From Lepidodermella squamata (taxonomy: Eukaryota > Animalia > Gastrotricha), in the NCBI GenBank assembly GCA_047495785.1, contig JBLDXI010000009.1:5394001-5458000 (forward strand): a DNA stretch of 64,000 nt. The letters are read 5' to 3'. Of this stretch, positions 35,623 to 48,346 are shown in pieces; the first letter of the stretch is position 1, and the number at the start of each line of letters is the position of its first letter. Under the pieces are notes generated by a model. The model worked only from the letters and a program-made list of their open reading frames with translations. It did not search any database and had not been told where the DNA came from. Position numbers and translations under genes: made by a program.

Positions 35623-36416
35623 CAGGGGTTCTCAAACTTTTTCGCGGCGGTGCCCCCATTCGGGGCACGCGACCAAGGCTGCGTGCCCCACTATTAAATC
35701 CTTCTAAAAACGCAGATATCTCTTTTTCTTTGCAGTTAACTTGATTTTATTTGGTTCGAGTAGGTATTTCACACTCATCTGAACAAAACGCAACAACAAA
35801 AATAACTGAAATTTTCACTAACTCGGCCATCGTTTCGTCGTTTTTTTCAGGTGTGCAATTAACTGCTTAACTGCTTCTCAGGTATATGGGTGCAATGACC
35901 ATGGGACTTGGACTTTTAGATTTCTCAACTAACGACGAATCGCTTTATATAAAAATTCGACTTATTTTCTACTTCTACGCTTTTTTATTTAATTTATTCG
36001 CAGTTTTACCAACGTTTTTTAGGCATCAGCTTCAAGTTTCATGAATATGCAAAATCGCGATGAATCAAAGCATTGCTGCCATATTTATGAGGCATTTTTC
36101 GATCAATGAATTTTTTCGACTCAGATCTTAAAGTTGAGCAGTTTTTTATATAAAGCGATTCGTCGTAAGTTGAGGAATCTAAAAATCCAAGTCCCATGGT
36201 CATAGCACTCATATCCCATTTTTGCCTAACTCACAGAATCGCATTTTTTGCCCCGATCAGAAGAATTTTCCGCTAGTTTCGATTCCATACTGTTATTAGT
36301 CCCAAGACAATGAGTCCCTTTTGCGTTTTATGAATGAGAAATAAGAAAACTGGAAACGTACAAAAATGGGCCGGCGTGCCCCAAGTCGCACGCGTGCCCC
36401 AGTTTGAGAACCCCTG
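35623..36416. mobile_element. hAT (Buster/Charlie-type) MITE with a nested inverted-repeat element (35884-36214)
   Basis: TIR CAGGGGTTCTCAAACT / AGTTTGAGAACCCCTG; flanks TTCAAGGC and CTGTAGCG differ (no TSD). Confidence 0.85.
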
Positions 36417-36515
36417 CTGTAGCGTAATGCCATCTATCAGGGCTGCCTGAATTTTAACAAGAACAGCAAGACGTTGATAGGCCGCTGTCAAATTTTGTTC
36501 TTAACCGAGAAATCA

Positions 36516-36587
36516 GCCACGGTAGTATAGTGGTTAGTATTCCTCGTTGTGGCCGAGGTGACCCTGGTTCGACTCCAGGCCGTGGCA
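36516..36587 (+). tRNA. tRNA-His(GTG), duplicate
   Basis: Same sequence as 35168-35239 in inverted orientation. Confidence 0.92.
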
Positions 36588-36694
36588 GAGTCACACAGAA
36601 CTCGAGACAGTGGCAGGCGGTTCAATTTTTTTAATTTATTGACAGTAAAGCTAGTTTTTCGTATAGCCAGCCAGCCAACCAAAAAGCTTACAGC

Positions 36695-36767
36695 TGATTC
36701 GGGCCGGGATTGAACCGGCGACCTTCTGCGTGTTAGGCAGATGTGATAACCACTACACCACCGAACC
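36695..36767 (-). tRNA. tRNA-Val(AAC), duplicate
   Basis: Same sequence as 34988-35060 in inverted orientation. Confidence 0.92.
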
Positions 36768-36856
36768 GCTACATGCAAAGCGTGCCGTTGAACGCATTTA
36801 ATCGCGCGATGATCAGTATACATCAGTCTATACATTTCACACTTGAGCAAAAGAAT

Positions 36857-36929
36857 CGCCCGATGTGGGGCTCGAACCCACGACCCTGGGATTAAGAGTC
36901 CCATGCTCTACCGACTGAGCTAACCGGGC
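36857..36929 (-). tRNA. tRNA-Lys(CTT)
   Basis: GCCCGGTTAGCTCAGTCGGTAGAGCATGGGACTCTTAATCCCA cloverleaf. Confidence 0.95.
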
Positions 36930-37006
36930 TGGTGCAGAATTATGTCAGCTGATACTACTGTCACGCCTTTCAGCGAATGACAAGGCGTAGCTGAATAAAA
37001 TTATTG

Positions 37007-37079
37007 CGAGGCTGCCAGGAGTCGAACCTGGAATCTTCTGATCCGTAGTCAGACGCGTTATCCATTGCGCCACAGCCCC
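37007..37079 (-). tRNA. tRNA-Arg(ACG)
   Basis: GGGGCTGTGGCGCAATGGATAACGCGTCTGACTACGGATCAGA cloverleaf. Confidence 0.95.
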
Positions 37080-38053
37080 TTATGATTGGAACTTATTTGG
37101 CTGAACGAAGTCGCAAAGCCGAATAGGAATTTTTATTGGTTAATTCAATTGATTATTTCAATGATTCAATGATTTCTGTGACAGATGAGTAACAAAATCG
37201 AACTTGAGTTGTCAAGAGCAGCCCAAAAGCAGTCTCTGTTTGACTACTGGCTGTGCGCAGTGTGTTGCTAGGTATTTATAACAACACTACGTCTATTTAT
37301 CGATTTCACACACCCGGTCAGTACTTTTATGCCTACTATTAATCATTGTAGCATTTATTTACGCTAAAAAATGAGCCGCACTTTGCTAGTGAGTGGCAAT
37401 ATTTTGCAATTCCGCTATTAATGACATTTTTACTACATTCGTTTGAAAACAGGAAATGCCTCTGAATTTTACTTCACATCCCTCTATTCTGATATCGTCC
37501 CATAATAATTCGTGATAATATCATGACTTTCGTTTCAGTTCTATTCTCTTTGAAAATCTTTGAAAAACTTCTAGATTCTGCAATTTAAAAAATTGGCCGT
37601 GCCAAATAAGAAATATTCCCTGAGGAGTGGCAGTTCTCATCAGAATGCAGAGTTATCTCGCGAAAAAACTCAACGATTGCGTGCTTTTTTGTCTCGATGC
37701 TCAAATGCATCTTCAATCTACTCGCATTAAGATACGTTGATGAGATAGGATGAGCGTTTTTTGCTGAAAAAAATCGATATCATAGCATCCTTCCTATATA
37801 AAAGTACTGTTGCAGCTGCATCTCAGCATTATTACAGCGATTAGTAAGTATCACGTTCTAATCGTAAAACTATAATTTTGCACCGAACATAGAGCACAAG
37901 CTGAAAATACCTTGAATTTTTCAAATAGACACCCTGAGATGTACTTATCTACATTATTCATGCAACCTGTTTTTTGTTTCAGCCGGCTTATTAATTGTAT
38001 AATGACATGCATTCAGGGCTACTAGTAGTAGTTTACCCAGTTATAAAAAGCAC

Positions 38054-41000
38054 ATGACAATGGAAGCTGACGTTCCTATCGTGCGTAAGCGGTTGGATGA
38101 CAAAATCCTGACGAAAACATCCGAGACCCTGCAATACCGGGTCACTCAAAGCTTCCTACCCGATTTATGGGCCATCAAGAACGACGGCAAGCTCTACGGA
38201 ACTGAGGACGACCCGAACAACAGCGAGCTGATTTCATCCAGCGATGATGTAGACTTCATTCTCATCGCGAAACGGCGAAGAGCTGGAGGAGACAGCGACA
38301 AGCCTAAGCCGATGGATTACAAATCACTCTGGTTCAGATTAGGCCACTCCCTATGTAGCATCTACAACTTTTTCCATAAAAGCAACCCAGCAGTGATAAT
38401 TAAGGAGGAGGATTTCGAGTTGGCTAGATCGCAATATTTGGAAAGACTGCAGAAGTTGTACGCTCTTACGATCGTTCAAATCGATCTCGATCAGGATCTT
38501 TCGGACAGCTCGGGCGATGTTGTGACAACTTATTACCTAGTCAAAGGGGCGTTTTCACATTTCGGACTAATGGCTCAGCTGATGTCCTATCAATGGCCCT
38601 TGGATAATGAAAAGGCCGAAGTCACGATTTCTCTCGATAAAAGTGTTGCGAAACAGCAATCTGGCGATCATTCGAAGAACAATGCATCAATCCCTATGCC
38701 TACACCTCGACCTGCTGGTATTAACATCTTCAAAACTTTCTACTTCTACAAAAGAGGGCAAGAACGCTACCAGGATTATAAAATGTGCCGAAAGCGTAGT
38801 AACTTCAGTACAGCTGCCAGATACGATTTGATGTACAATCTGCTGGTCGGAGCGACTGTAACCATGCCAAGACTGCTGAATCCGTGGCGCAACTTGCTGA
38901 ATAAGAAGAAGATTGACGAAAATAATAGAAATAAAGTCAGCCAAGATTTGAAGGAAGTCTCGCTGATGCAGCTGCTTTCAGATGAAGTTTTCGACGACTG
39001 GCTCGTTCTTCATGAACCTCTGGCTAGCGCCAAAGATGGGCCACAGACTGGTTGCTGCACTTCTAGCAGCAGGTGTTGCTCCTCGATATGGTGAGTTCCG
39101 AACCTTAAACCTATTCCCACAGGATATCAAGGAGCGAATTAGGAGGGTCACTGTGGCCGTCATCCTAGATCGTCTTACTACTTTAAATTTCTTTTTGTTT
39201 TCAACAGTGGCTGGTGGAACTCGTTTTGGCGGCAAAATTGCATTGACAGCGTAGACCTGAATAGACGGCCCGATGAAAGTAAGCTCTGCTTTATTCGGAT
39301 TTCCCGAAACACTCGAAATTTTTCCTATTCAACAGATGATAGAAGTTATCTAATGCGGATATCCAGCCTTCGAAATGCTTTGTTATTCAAGTAAGTAATG
39401 ATTTCTTTTGTTTTCGTTCCCGATTCGAACCTCTTACTCCTCGGCAGGCGTTTTCGAGCCTCGACAGATGAAGAGGAAACTCTAGTCAAAATGTGGCACA
39501 TCATGCCGATGTACGAAATAAGGCGGTATTTCGGCGAAAAAATCGCTTTCTACTTCGCCTGGGTCGAGTTTTTCACCTTCAGTCTAACCCTACCGTCGGC
39601 TATTGGCGCCGTCTTTTTCCTAGCCGCTCTCATCTACTTCGCAACTATGACAGCTTTGTACCCTGAGACGCAAGAACTTCCTGAAACCATGGGCATGCAA
39701 ACTGCTAAGAACGCGAGTTTCAACTCGCTGGCTATCACTACAGTATTAGGAAATGCTTGCGACAATTATGCAACTCCAGTTTTTGCTGCAATGTAAGCCA
39801 CTTTAAATTAGAATGAATTATGAATAAGTACCCGGTTTTCGCTATCTAGCATGCTGCTTTGGGGCACTGCATTCAGTGAACTGTGGCATCGAAGGTCTTG
39901 CTGGTACCAATGGCTGTGGAGAGTCGAAAACGTCGAAGCGACAGAGTTCGAACGGCCGAAAGGAGCTCGACCTAAATCTGCTGACACTCTATTGCGCTCG
40001 AAATGGGGCGGTCGCTATCTTCTCTACATCCCGTCGTTCATCGTAACCTTCCTCTTCGGCTGTCTAGTCTTTGCCAGTGTCTATTTCGTCAATGTTCTCA
40101 ACATATTCGCATTCCCGTACTGCATCAAGCTAGACGAGGTGGATAACAGCACGGCTTCATCCATTCCAGCAACATCAACATCTGCTACCTTGTTCAATCT
40201 TTTGAATGTGACTAATGCTACTGCGTCGAAAACAGATTCACGAGATTTTCTGATCTGTACGTCTTTCGACGTGGCTCGTGTAATTATCAACTCCATTTCT
40301 ATCATGGTTCTTGATTTTGCGTACAGCGGAGTGGTTTACATCCTAACTGACCTGGTAAGCAGATTAATCCACATTTATTTTAATATTTCTGGCAGATTAA
40401 TGCTTTCGAGTTAGCTCTGCCCACTTTCCTTGTTAAAATTGGGTTAAGCTTAAAATGGAATTTGAGCAGCCTCGACTAGCAATCAAGTCGTCTTCAAGCT
40501 TTTTAAAGATTCAAATTTAGTATTCATACTGAACCTAGAATAAGACATAATTAGACCGATACCATCCGCTAATCAGACCGTTGCTATTATGTGATTTGTT
40601 TACTTTTAGGAGTGTCATGCAACCCAAACTCAATACAATGATTCCCTGATATTAAAACTGTTCATCTTCCGTTTTGTCAACTCTTACGCTGTGCTGTTCT
40701 TCGTTGCTTTCGGAGTCGCGCCGCAATTCGACGTATACCCCCGCGAAATCGTCGGCGACCTAACGCCGCCGCAACGCCAAATTCTATTCGGCTGCAGCGG
40801 CCGCGGCAACTGCATGCAACTGCTGACTAAACAACTGCTGGGCTGCATACTCACAAAGCCGCTGGTTAAAACTATATCAGACGTCATTGTTCCAAGAATT
40901 TTGCACCTTTGGCATACAATCACTGGTAAAAAGGAGAGCAAATTCGACTTCAAATCTAACAACAATCAGGCTAGAAATAGCGTACGTGTTAATCAAATCC

Positions 41001-41803
41001 AGCCAAAGAACGACATACCCTCGCCTAGCAAAACGACATTTGCTTCATCTTCAAAGGGATCTAGTCTCCCACCTTTGACTGCTGCAAACGGCCGAACTTC
41101 GTCCCCAACTAAATCCAGCGGTCGATTGTACCCTGACCTACCGGGCGATGTTCCGATGTCCAACATGCCGAATGAGCCTACAAATACAAATTCAATGGAG
41201 GATCTAGCTCAGAACATTCAGCGACATCAAGAAATGTCTATACTTTCGACCCTTGATCGCCAAGAATTTACCCAGAGTGAATACATGGATCGCTGCATCA
41301 ACTACGGAGCTCTTTTGATGTTCAGCGTCGCTTTACCACCAGCTCCCTTACTCGCGCTGTTGATCATGAGAATCGATTGCTTTCTGGACATTGGGCGAAT
41401 GGTAGATGAGTATCGAAGGCCTCTACCCTTCAGAGCTCAGGATATTGGTATTTGGGAGAAAATCATCAATTTCCTGACTTATTGCGGGATATTGACTAAC
41501 CCATTGATTTGTATTCTCACCTCTACCTGGGGCTCGCGGCTAACGACGCTGGAGCAATTTTGGGTTTTCTTGCTTTTCGAACACGGCATGTTCCTCATTC
41601 GGATGTTCGTAGCGGCTGTTATAGACGAGGAACCACCGCAGCTGTCGAAAACAAAACTGCGCTATAAAAGGTACAAAGACGAGATAATGTCTTGTCTGGC
41701 AGCTGGTAACAGGAATCAAACCCAGCAAAACCAGCGACGTACCAGCCAACATAGTCATGCCGATGCTGATACCGTAAAACACCGGCGAAGTTTTGAAAAT
41801 TAA
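38054..41803 (+). CDS. Anoctamin/TMEM16 family protein, divergent, multi-exon
   Basis: IRRYFGEKIAFYFAW, LILKLFIFRFVNSY, FSVALPPAPLLAL, YRRPLPFRAQDIGIW motifs. Confidence 0.9.
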
Positions 41804-41936
41804 TTTTGTTCATCCGTTATTTTTACTGGAATAAAATGAACGTAACCCCGTGAGTAATTTATGTACTAGTTTTATTTTCGAACAATAAAAGCGCGTTATT
41901 ACAGCTGAATTTCAAGAATCCGAATTAATTTGGTGT

Positions 41937-42803
41937 CTAATCGAAAACGACCATAGCTGGCTCTTGGTTACGTCGGCGGCTTCGCAACATGTTGCTCCAG
42001 GTTGATTTTGAGATGTAAACCCGTCGCGGGGCAGGATCAGCGGCAACTGGCATCGAGTAGATAAGAGTTGGAACGCCACGTTTCACTCGAGAAGCAGACT
42101 GGTCTCGGCCCTCTAGGGTACTCCTTGCTAGCCATTTCCACATGTTCTTTGGAATAGCAAAACTTCGAGTTCTCGACACTTCTTTTGGAGATAACCATGA
42201 TCCCATAGCGGCGCGGCGGCGCCTCATTTGAAAGTTTTGATGCTTTCTCCCGCCTGTTCGCAGAGCTGTAAGCCAGTTTCTCTATTTCGAGAACTATTTC
42301 ACAGAAGTTACGCTTATTTTTAGAAAACTTACAAGAGGGATTCGGATATAATTCCCGTCTGATTGAGGTTCAGCGTTACTCATCAGCGAAACAGGGACGC
42401 CTCTTTTCGTTCGGCTGGCTGATCGCTTCTTACGGCCAGTTCCCATAGCCTCCAGCCAAAAGTTCTGAAATGATTTCATTCTCACTAAGGAAGTGAAGAT
42501 AGGTGAAGATAGGGAACTCACTTTAGGGACTGGGATTACGCGGTCATCTGGCTCAGCAACAGCGACTTTTTTGGGAGAGCCTCTCAGGCCGAAACCTCCA
42601 CTGCCAAAGCGAAGAGTTAGCGGAACTCCGCGTTTCTCCAAATCATTGGCATCTTCATCGAGATCTTGCTCGCTCGACACGATAAGCTCCTCGGGTATCT
42701 CGACATCGCCCGATTCGATGCTATTCTCTTCCAGGCTAACGTTGCTTTCGGCCAAGCAAACGGCAATGCAAATTGTTGCGACAAAAAAGTAGCTGAAAAA
42801 CAT
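41937..42803 (-). CDS. Secreted prepropeptide (prohormone-like) with four related peptides; 3 exons
   Basis: Signal peptide, acidic pro-region, KR/RRRR sites, three KR-GVP starts; introns ~42465-42521 and 42282-42332 join the ORFs in frame. Confidence 0.7.
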
Positions 42804-43090
42804 GTCTCGAATCTTTTGAATTTTGCGTGATGACTAGAGCTGCGATATTTTTAGCCTGAAATACGGCTGAAGTGGGCGGCCGCGCGCCGAAACTCATTTG
42901 CGCTCCACTGATCGTTATGCATAAAAATCTGAGAAAAATTTATGAAAGAGGGGTAGAATAATTTATTTCCGATCGAGTGTCATGGTTCTTGTTTTCAAGC
43001 CATTCAAGCAGGTTATTTATTCCACACACCACATGACTCACACAACTTGGCCTGGTTTCATCCCTCCGAAATTTCCGCCCCAATAGTTTT

Positions 43091-43902
43091 TTATTTGAAA
43101 TCGACTCTGTCATAGAATTTCTTCTCCTAATGAAACATGGAAGATGATTTTAGATGGGACAATGATAGAATGCTTATAATTACCATCAAGAATACAGCGC
43201 CAAGAAGTAATGCTTTATGACTCGGATCCGTTATATCAGAGCCTTAGAAAAATAGAAATAATAAATTAAAAGCTCACAAATACTGATCAAAGGCTCACAG
43301 TTTAGAGTCCAAGTAGCTCCTTCGCCTTGAAGTGAATCCCGCCATAACCGGACCATTCTTCCAACTTCTAGCCGATCATCAGAGTAATGACGAATTTTGA
43401 ATTCAGAGACCTCAGATATCAACTGAGCAGCAATTCTCAACCGAGGAATTTTACTAGAGTCAGTGACAATGAACTCAGGATAGATCACAGGCATTTCTTG
43501 GTAAATTTGACCTAAAACCCAACCGCTAAGAACTGCTGTAATTTCGCATTTGGTTTTAGAGAGCCAAGAACAGTTTTCGTAGTCATTTGGCAGTTGAAAC
43601 TGAAGATTGCAGTGCGTGGACGTATAAACACTGATAATTGGATCACCATTATCACCTAGACAGTTGTCATCGCAGGATTGATCCTCTTCAACAGCGACAG
43701 CTTTTTGAAGGCCATCTTGATCGAGGATGTAATAGCGAGATAATTCCTCTTCGGTTGGATCTGGAAGTATTTGGATGGTCAAATGATTGAGAGGGCTTAG
43801 CCATTCCAGTCCATCTTGCACTATTGATTTGATAAAAGAACCAGGCACTGCTAATCCAGGCTGCAAAGTTACAGCACCAGTTCCAAAAATTTGAGATGCC
43901 AT
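43091..43902 (-). CDS. Phospholipid scramblase paralogue 1 (highly divergent)
   Basis: GLEWLSPLNHL, PRLRI, VGRMVRLW and DPSHKALLLGAVFLM in scramblase order; same two 3' introns as neighbouring paralogues. Confidence 0.65.
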
Positions 43903-44397
43903 GATAAGCTTAAGATGTCATTTCGAGGCTCAAATTTAGTTGCTTTTATCGATTTTATCTAGCATTAAACATTCCAGTAATAACGAATATAACTTATATC
44001 CCTCTAGGGTGAGAAACGCTAATGACTTCTCACTATCGCAAAAAACGCCTCCATCTTTCGTATTGCTACGCTAATTTCGTAACGTTTATCAAGCCTTCAA
44101 TGCTGGAAAATTGAAAGACCATCATCATTAGACATTACGGCAGGAGGTGAGCGTTAATACACCGGCAGCATAACGTTTATAGAACCTAATCTAAACACTG
44201 TGTGAACATTGATAAGTTTTCAGTATCAATAAAAACCTATGCAATGCAATACATGCCAGCAGTATTCAAACTCATAATGCGCTCGTTCATTTTATTCCAT
44301 TTTCTCCGTTTCGACATACTATAATGTGAAAACTAATATCAGAATTGGGCAGTTCGAAACTGTGGGAACAATTCGACCATCCAATCGAACTCGCGGC

Positions 44398-45172
44398 TCA
44401 TTGCGCGCCATCGAAGTGAGTGAAGTCAATTAAGAAAGCTGCTCCAATAACGATCGCTTTCAGTTTAGGATCAAGATTAATTGGAACTAAATGAATAATA
44501 ATTCTTCGTATTTTATAGCAATTTTTGGCAAAACTCACATGAAACGCTGAAATTGTCAGAATCGATAATCCCGTTGATTGAATTGGTGATCTGCCCTATT
44601 TCCAATGAATCGTCATCCAAAATGGAGTAAGGGCCCTCACATGAGCAATTTGTAGGGCCACTTATTCTCAACCGAGGCACTTTCTCATCATCGGAAGCTC
44701 GGAATAACGTTTGGCAGCAAGCCGGCTCCGAAGTTACATGTCCCAGCAGATTTCCATTCTCCTCCAGTATCGTCATTTCTTGATGGCAGCTTTCAGACGT
44801 GAAATTGCAGCATGATCCCCAGGCTAGACATGTTAAAGGCCTGTTGGCTAGGAAAATTTCTCGATTATTCATATCGTAGCAATGGAGAGTAAACTCTCGA
44901 TTAGAGCCAGTCAGTTGTCGGCAACTTGCGTCCGAGTCGACGATAGCAGACAGCACTTGAAGACCATGTGAGTTGTACAAGCAATGTTTCCGAGCTGGCT
45001 CGGGCTCGCTTACATTTTGAAGATTATCGCTTTTATGCTTGATTATCACCTTATCAAGGGGTATAAGGGGCTCTAATTTGTTAATAGGTGAAATCGGTTG
45101 TTGCTGGATAACAATTGCGTGATGCACTGGCATTGGACTCAAAAGGGATACAGGTTGCTGATCCCACATCAT
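44398..45172 (-). CDS. Phospholipid scramblase paralogue 2 (divergent)
   Basis: NREFTLHCYD, CHQEM, EPACCQ, DSDNFSVS, PINLDPKLKAIVIGAAFLIDF. Confidence 0.8.
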
Positions 45173-45472
45173 TTTTCTCAGCGGAAGTACTTAAAAGTGA
45201 AGATTTTTGCGATGAAATAGGCCTCTTTCGTTACTCTGTAAAGAAAAGCGATACCTGCCAGGTAATGAAATCTTTTCCGGTGTCTGATGCATCTGCATTG
45301 TTTATTTCCTCATCACGTCAGCAGTGATCGGTGCGCGGCAGTACTATATGATTCCGAGAGCGGAATTCGTTTATACATAATCTACTTTTTTTTTACCAGC
45401 CCACGCTATCATAATACGGTCATTACACAATATTTCTTGGCAAGGCAGTCGCATTCGGAATTTTCGCATCTG

Positions 45473-46426
45473 TTATCTTCTGTTGTCGTCCTTCTTCTTC
45501 TCCTCGAAGTACATGAAATCCTGTTAGAAGGGAAATCGAGATTGAGGATTAGATATAAATAACAGTTGAAAGAAGAACTTACAATAAGGAAAACAGCGCC
45601 GAGAAGAGTGGCCTTGACCCTTACATCGAGGTCTTGTGGAACTGAAAAAAAAATAAAAAAATTCAAGTACATTTCCGGAACATTGCTATGTTAGACACCA
45701 AGCCATCACATAACAGATCATTAGGATTTACTTACATGAGACGCCAAAGTTATCTGCATTAGTGAATGCCTCCTTGGCAAAGCCGCTCCACTTCTTGGTG
45801 ATCTTCCCTATTTCAGCTCCGAAGTTGGTGTTGTAGGGATGAATATTGAACTGCAGGTCACACTGACAAGCACAGAAGCCAGGCCCCAAAATCTTCAGTT
45901 GCGGAGTCTTTGCCGCGTCCGAAATCGTGTAATGAGCCTGGCAGCACGACGGTTCCGAGTTGACATGGCCTAGAAGGGACCCATCCCCAGCGGAGACTGT
46001 CATCTCGTGGTGGCAACCAGGATTCTTACAACAGCCACCCATGGCGCAGCACTTGAACGGTCGGTGGACGCGAATAACCTCCCGACTAGCCAAGTCGTAG
46101 ACATGGATGATGAATTCACGGCCAGATCCACAGAATTGGCGACCGCAGAAAGAAGACTCCTCAACAGCTGAGTAGACATGCTGTCCGGCTGCATTGAATA
46201 TCTTGTACTTATTAGCAACTTCGAAACCTGTGAAGACCTCCAACATATCAACTTTTTGCTTGACGAACAGATGATCGAGTTGAGAGAGATATTCGAGGCC
46301 CTGTGGAACTCCTGGTATCGGCTGAGGCACTTGGAAAGCCACCATTGGCATCCCAGGCTGGGCTTGAATAGCACCTGGCGGTACTACTGTGGTGAAATTA
46401 TTGATAGGCTGAGGCTGCTGATACAT
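45473..46426 (-). CDS. Phospholipid scramblase paralogue 3
   Basis: GLEYLSQLDHLFVKQKVDMLEVFTGFEVANKY, IGKITKKWSG..FTNADNFGVS, PQDLDVRVKATLLGAVFLIDFMYFE. Confidence 0.92.
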
Positions 46427-46614
46427 CTTTTAACAAATTATAGCACCTAAAATGCAATAAACACCCTTTGTAGTACAAGTTTGAATTATTCATAATATTT
46501 GGTAAATTTTGATGATGAGAAAACAGGTGGTTAAACATTGCTGTTTGGCGGAAGCGTAAAATTATGATGAAAAAGCTTTACAACCGAGAAGAATGACGTC
46601 GCCTTTCGTCTGTT

Positions 46615-47994
46615 TTACTTCTTGTTATTATTTTCCTCGAAATACATGAAGTCCTAAAATGAGAAAGTTTTATCAAGTCAAATTGAATGAATTTATACCC
46701 AAAAATACTTACGATCAAAAACACAGCACCAATAATTGTGGCTTTCACTCTGACGTCGAGGTCTCTTGGGACTAGAAATTCGTGGAAAAAAGAAGTTAAA
46801 TTCATCGAGAATGAGAAAGAAATGAAAATTTAGGTTTTTTCGCGAATTATGAGTTTAACCCTTCAAGTAAAAAATTTATTTGCACAAAAATGTCCTTTCA
46901 TTTCGATTTATGGGAGACTGGAAAGCTATAAAGAAGATAGATTCAGAAAATCTTAATCCTCGGGCCATCACTTGGGCCATCAGGATGATTTTCTCATGAT
47001 TTTTTGAATTTCTTACGTAAGACGATTACGTAATGAGCGCTGTCAAAACTGACACCGAAACACAAGTAATTTTGAGCTAATTTAGCTGTCTAATAATTGA
47101 TGCATCACTAAGATATTACCCAAATCATAAAGTTTCATTGAATTCCATCTTTTCCCCTGTTAAGAGAGATTATTTCATTTTTTCCAGGTTCTATCTCAAA
47201 AAATCTCGAATTTACTGTTTTCATCATCCGGCATCATTGAAGGGTCTAAGGATTCTTCAAGTTAAATCTAATGCATCGACATCTTATTCTTTCTTACACG
47301 ACTTACACGAAACCCCAAAGTTGTCAGCGTCAGTAAATAGCTCCTTGCCAAGACCTGACCACTGTTTCGTGATTTTCCCAATTTCAGCATCATAGTTAGA
47401 TTCATAAGTATGGATGTTGAACTCCAGATTGCATTGGCACGCGCAAAATCCAGGACCTAAAATCTTCAGCTGAGGCGTCTTAGCTGCGTCGGAAATTCGG
47501 TAGCGAGCCTGGCAGCATGTTGGCTCCGAATTAACGTGACCCAAAACAGAACCATCGCCAGCCATAACCTGAAGTTCGTGGTGACAACTAGGGCTGGTAC
47601 AGCAACCAGCCATGGCGCAGCATTTGAACTGCCGATGCGCTCGTAGCACTTCTCGCTGGGCTAAATCGTAGATATGAATTGTGAATTCGCGATTCGCCCC
47701 GCAAAACTGGCGATCGCAGAATGAAGACTCTTCAACAGCGGAGAAAATTTGCTGCCCGGCTGCGTTGAACAGCTTGTACTTGTTAGCGGTTTCAAACCCG
47801 GTGAAAACCTCCAGCATTTCGACCTTTTGCTTCACGAAAATGTGTTCAAGTTGGGTTAAATATTCCAGCCCGTCTGGGACGCCTGGAATCCTGGCTGGCA
47901 CTTGGTAGGTCACCAAAGGAATGCCTGGCTGAGTTTGAACGGCTGAATTAGGCACTACTGGGTAGAAATTCTGTGATTGAGGCTGCTGCTGCAT
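46615..47994 (-). CDS. Phospholipid scramblase paralogue 4
   Basis: GLEYLTQLEHIFVKQ, FTDADNFGVS, PRDLDVRVKATIIGAVFLIDFMYFE. Confidence 0.92.
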
Positions 47995-48346
47995 CTTAAA
48001 GCTATTGCTTTCTTTTTAAAATTCTATGCGAAACCAAGGGCAGTCAATTCAGTTTCTTGTGAGGTTGTGAGTATTGTCAGTATAATCAGCTTTTGTCATG
48101 CGTATTAGTTTTCCATTGTGATTATTTTTAGCTTAGATTTTTTATTCAAGCCCGTTAGCCGTGTAAGTAGGTAAGTGAAAAATTGAGGTAGCGTTAAAAC
48201 ATTCTGCCACCCTACACGATAGGTAAAAATAATTTGACAAAGCTTTCATGAGCTGCATGCAAAATAAAATCAATAACTTGGACTGATGGTGGTTAACAAG
48301 CGGCAAGCTTCTTTGTGACCAGAAATAAAGTGATATCATTTTTTGA

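Larger units (their letters stand above)
36417..36767 (-). repeat. Inverted duplicate of 34988-35341
   Basis: Near-identical reverse complement, including tRNA-His, tRNA-Val and spacers. Confidence 0.92.

Noticed and set aside
34959-36904. Duplicated ORFs (VRWCSGYHICLTRRR..., MTAAYQR...)
   Set aside because: Spurious translations of tRNA genes and of the inverted duplication
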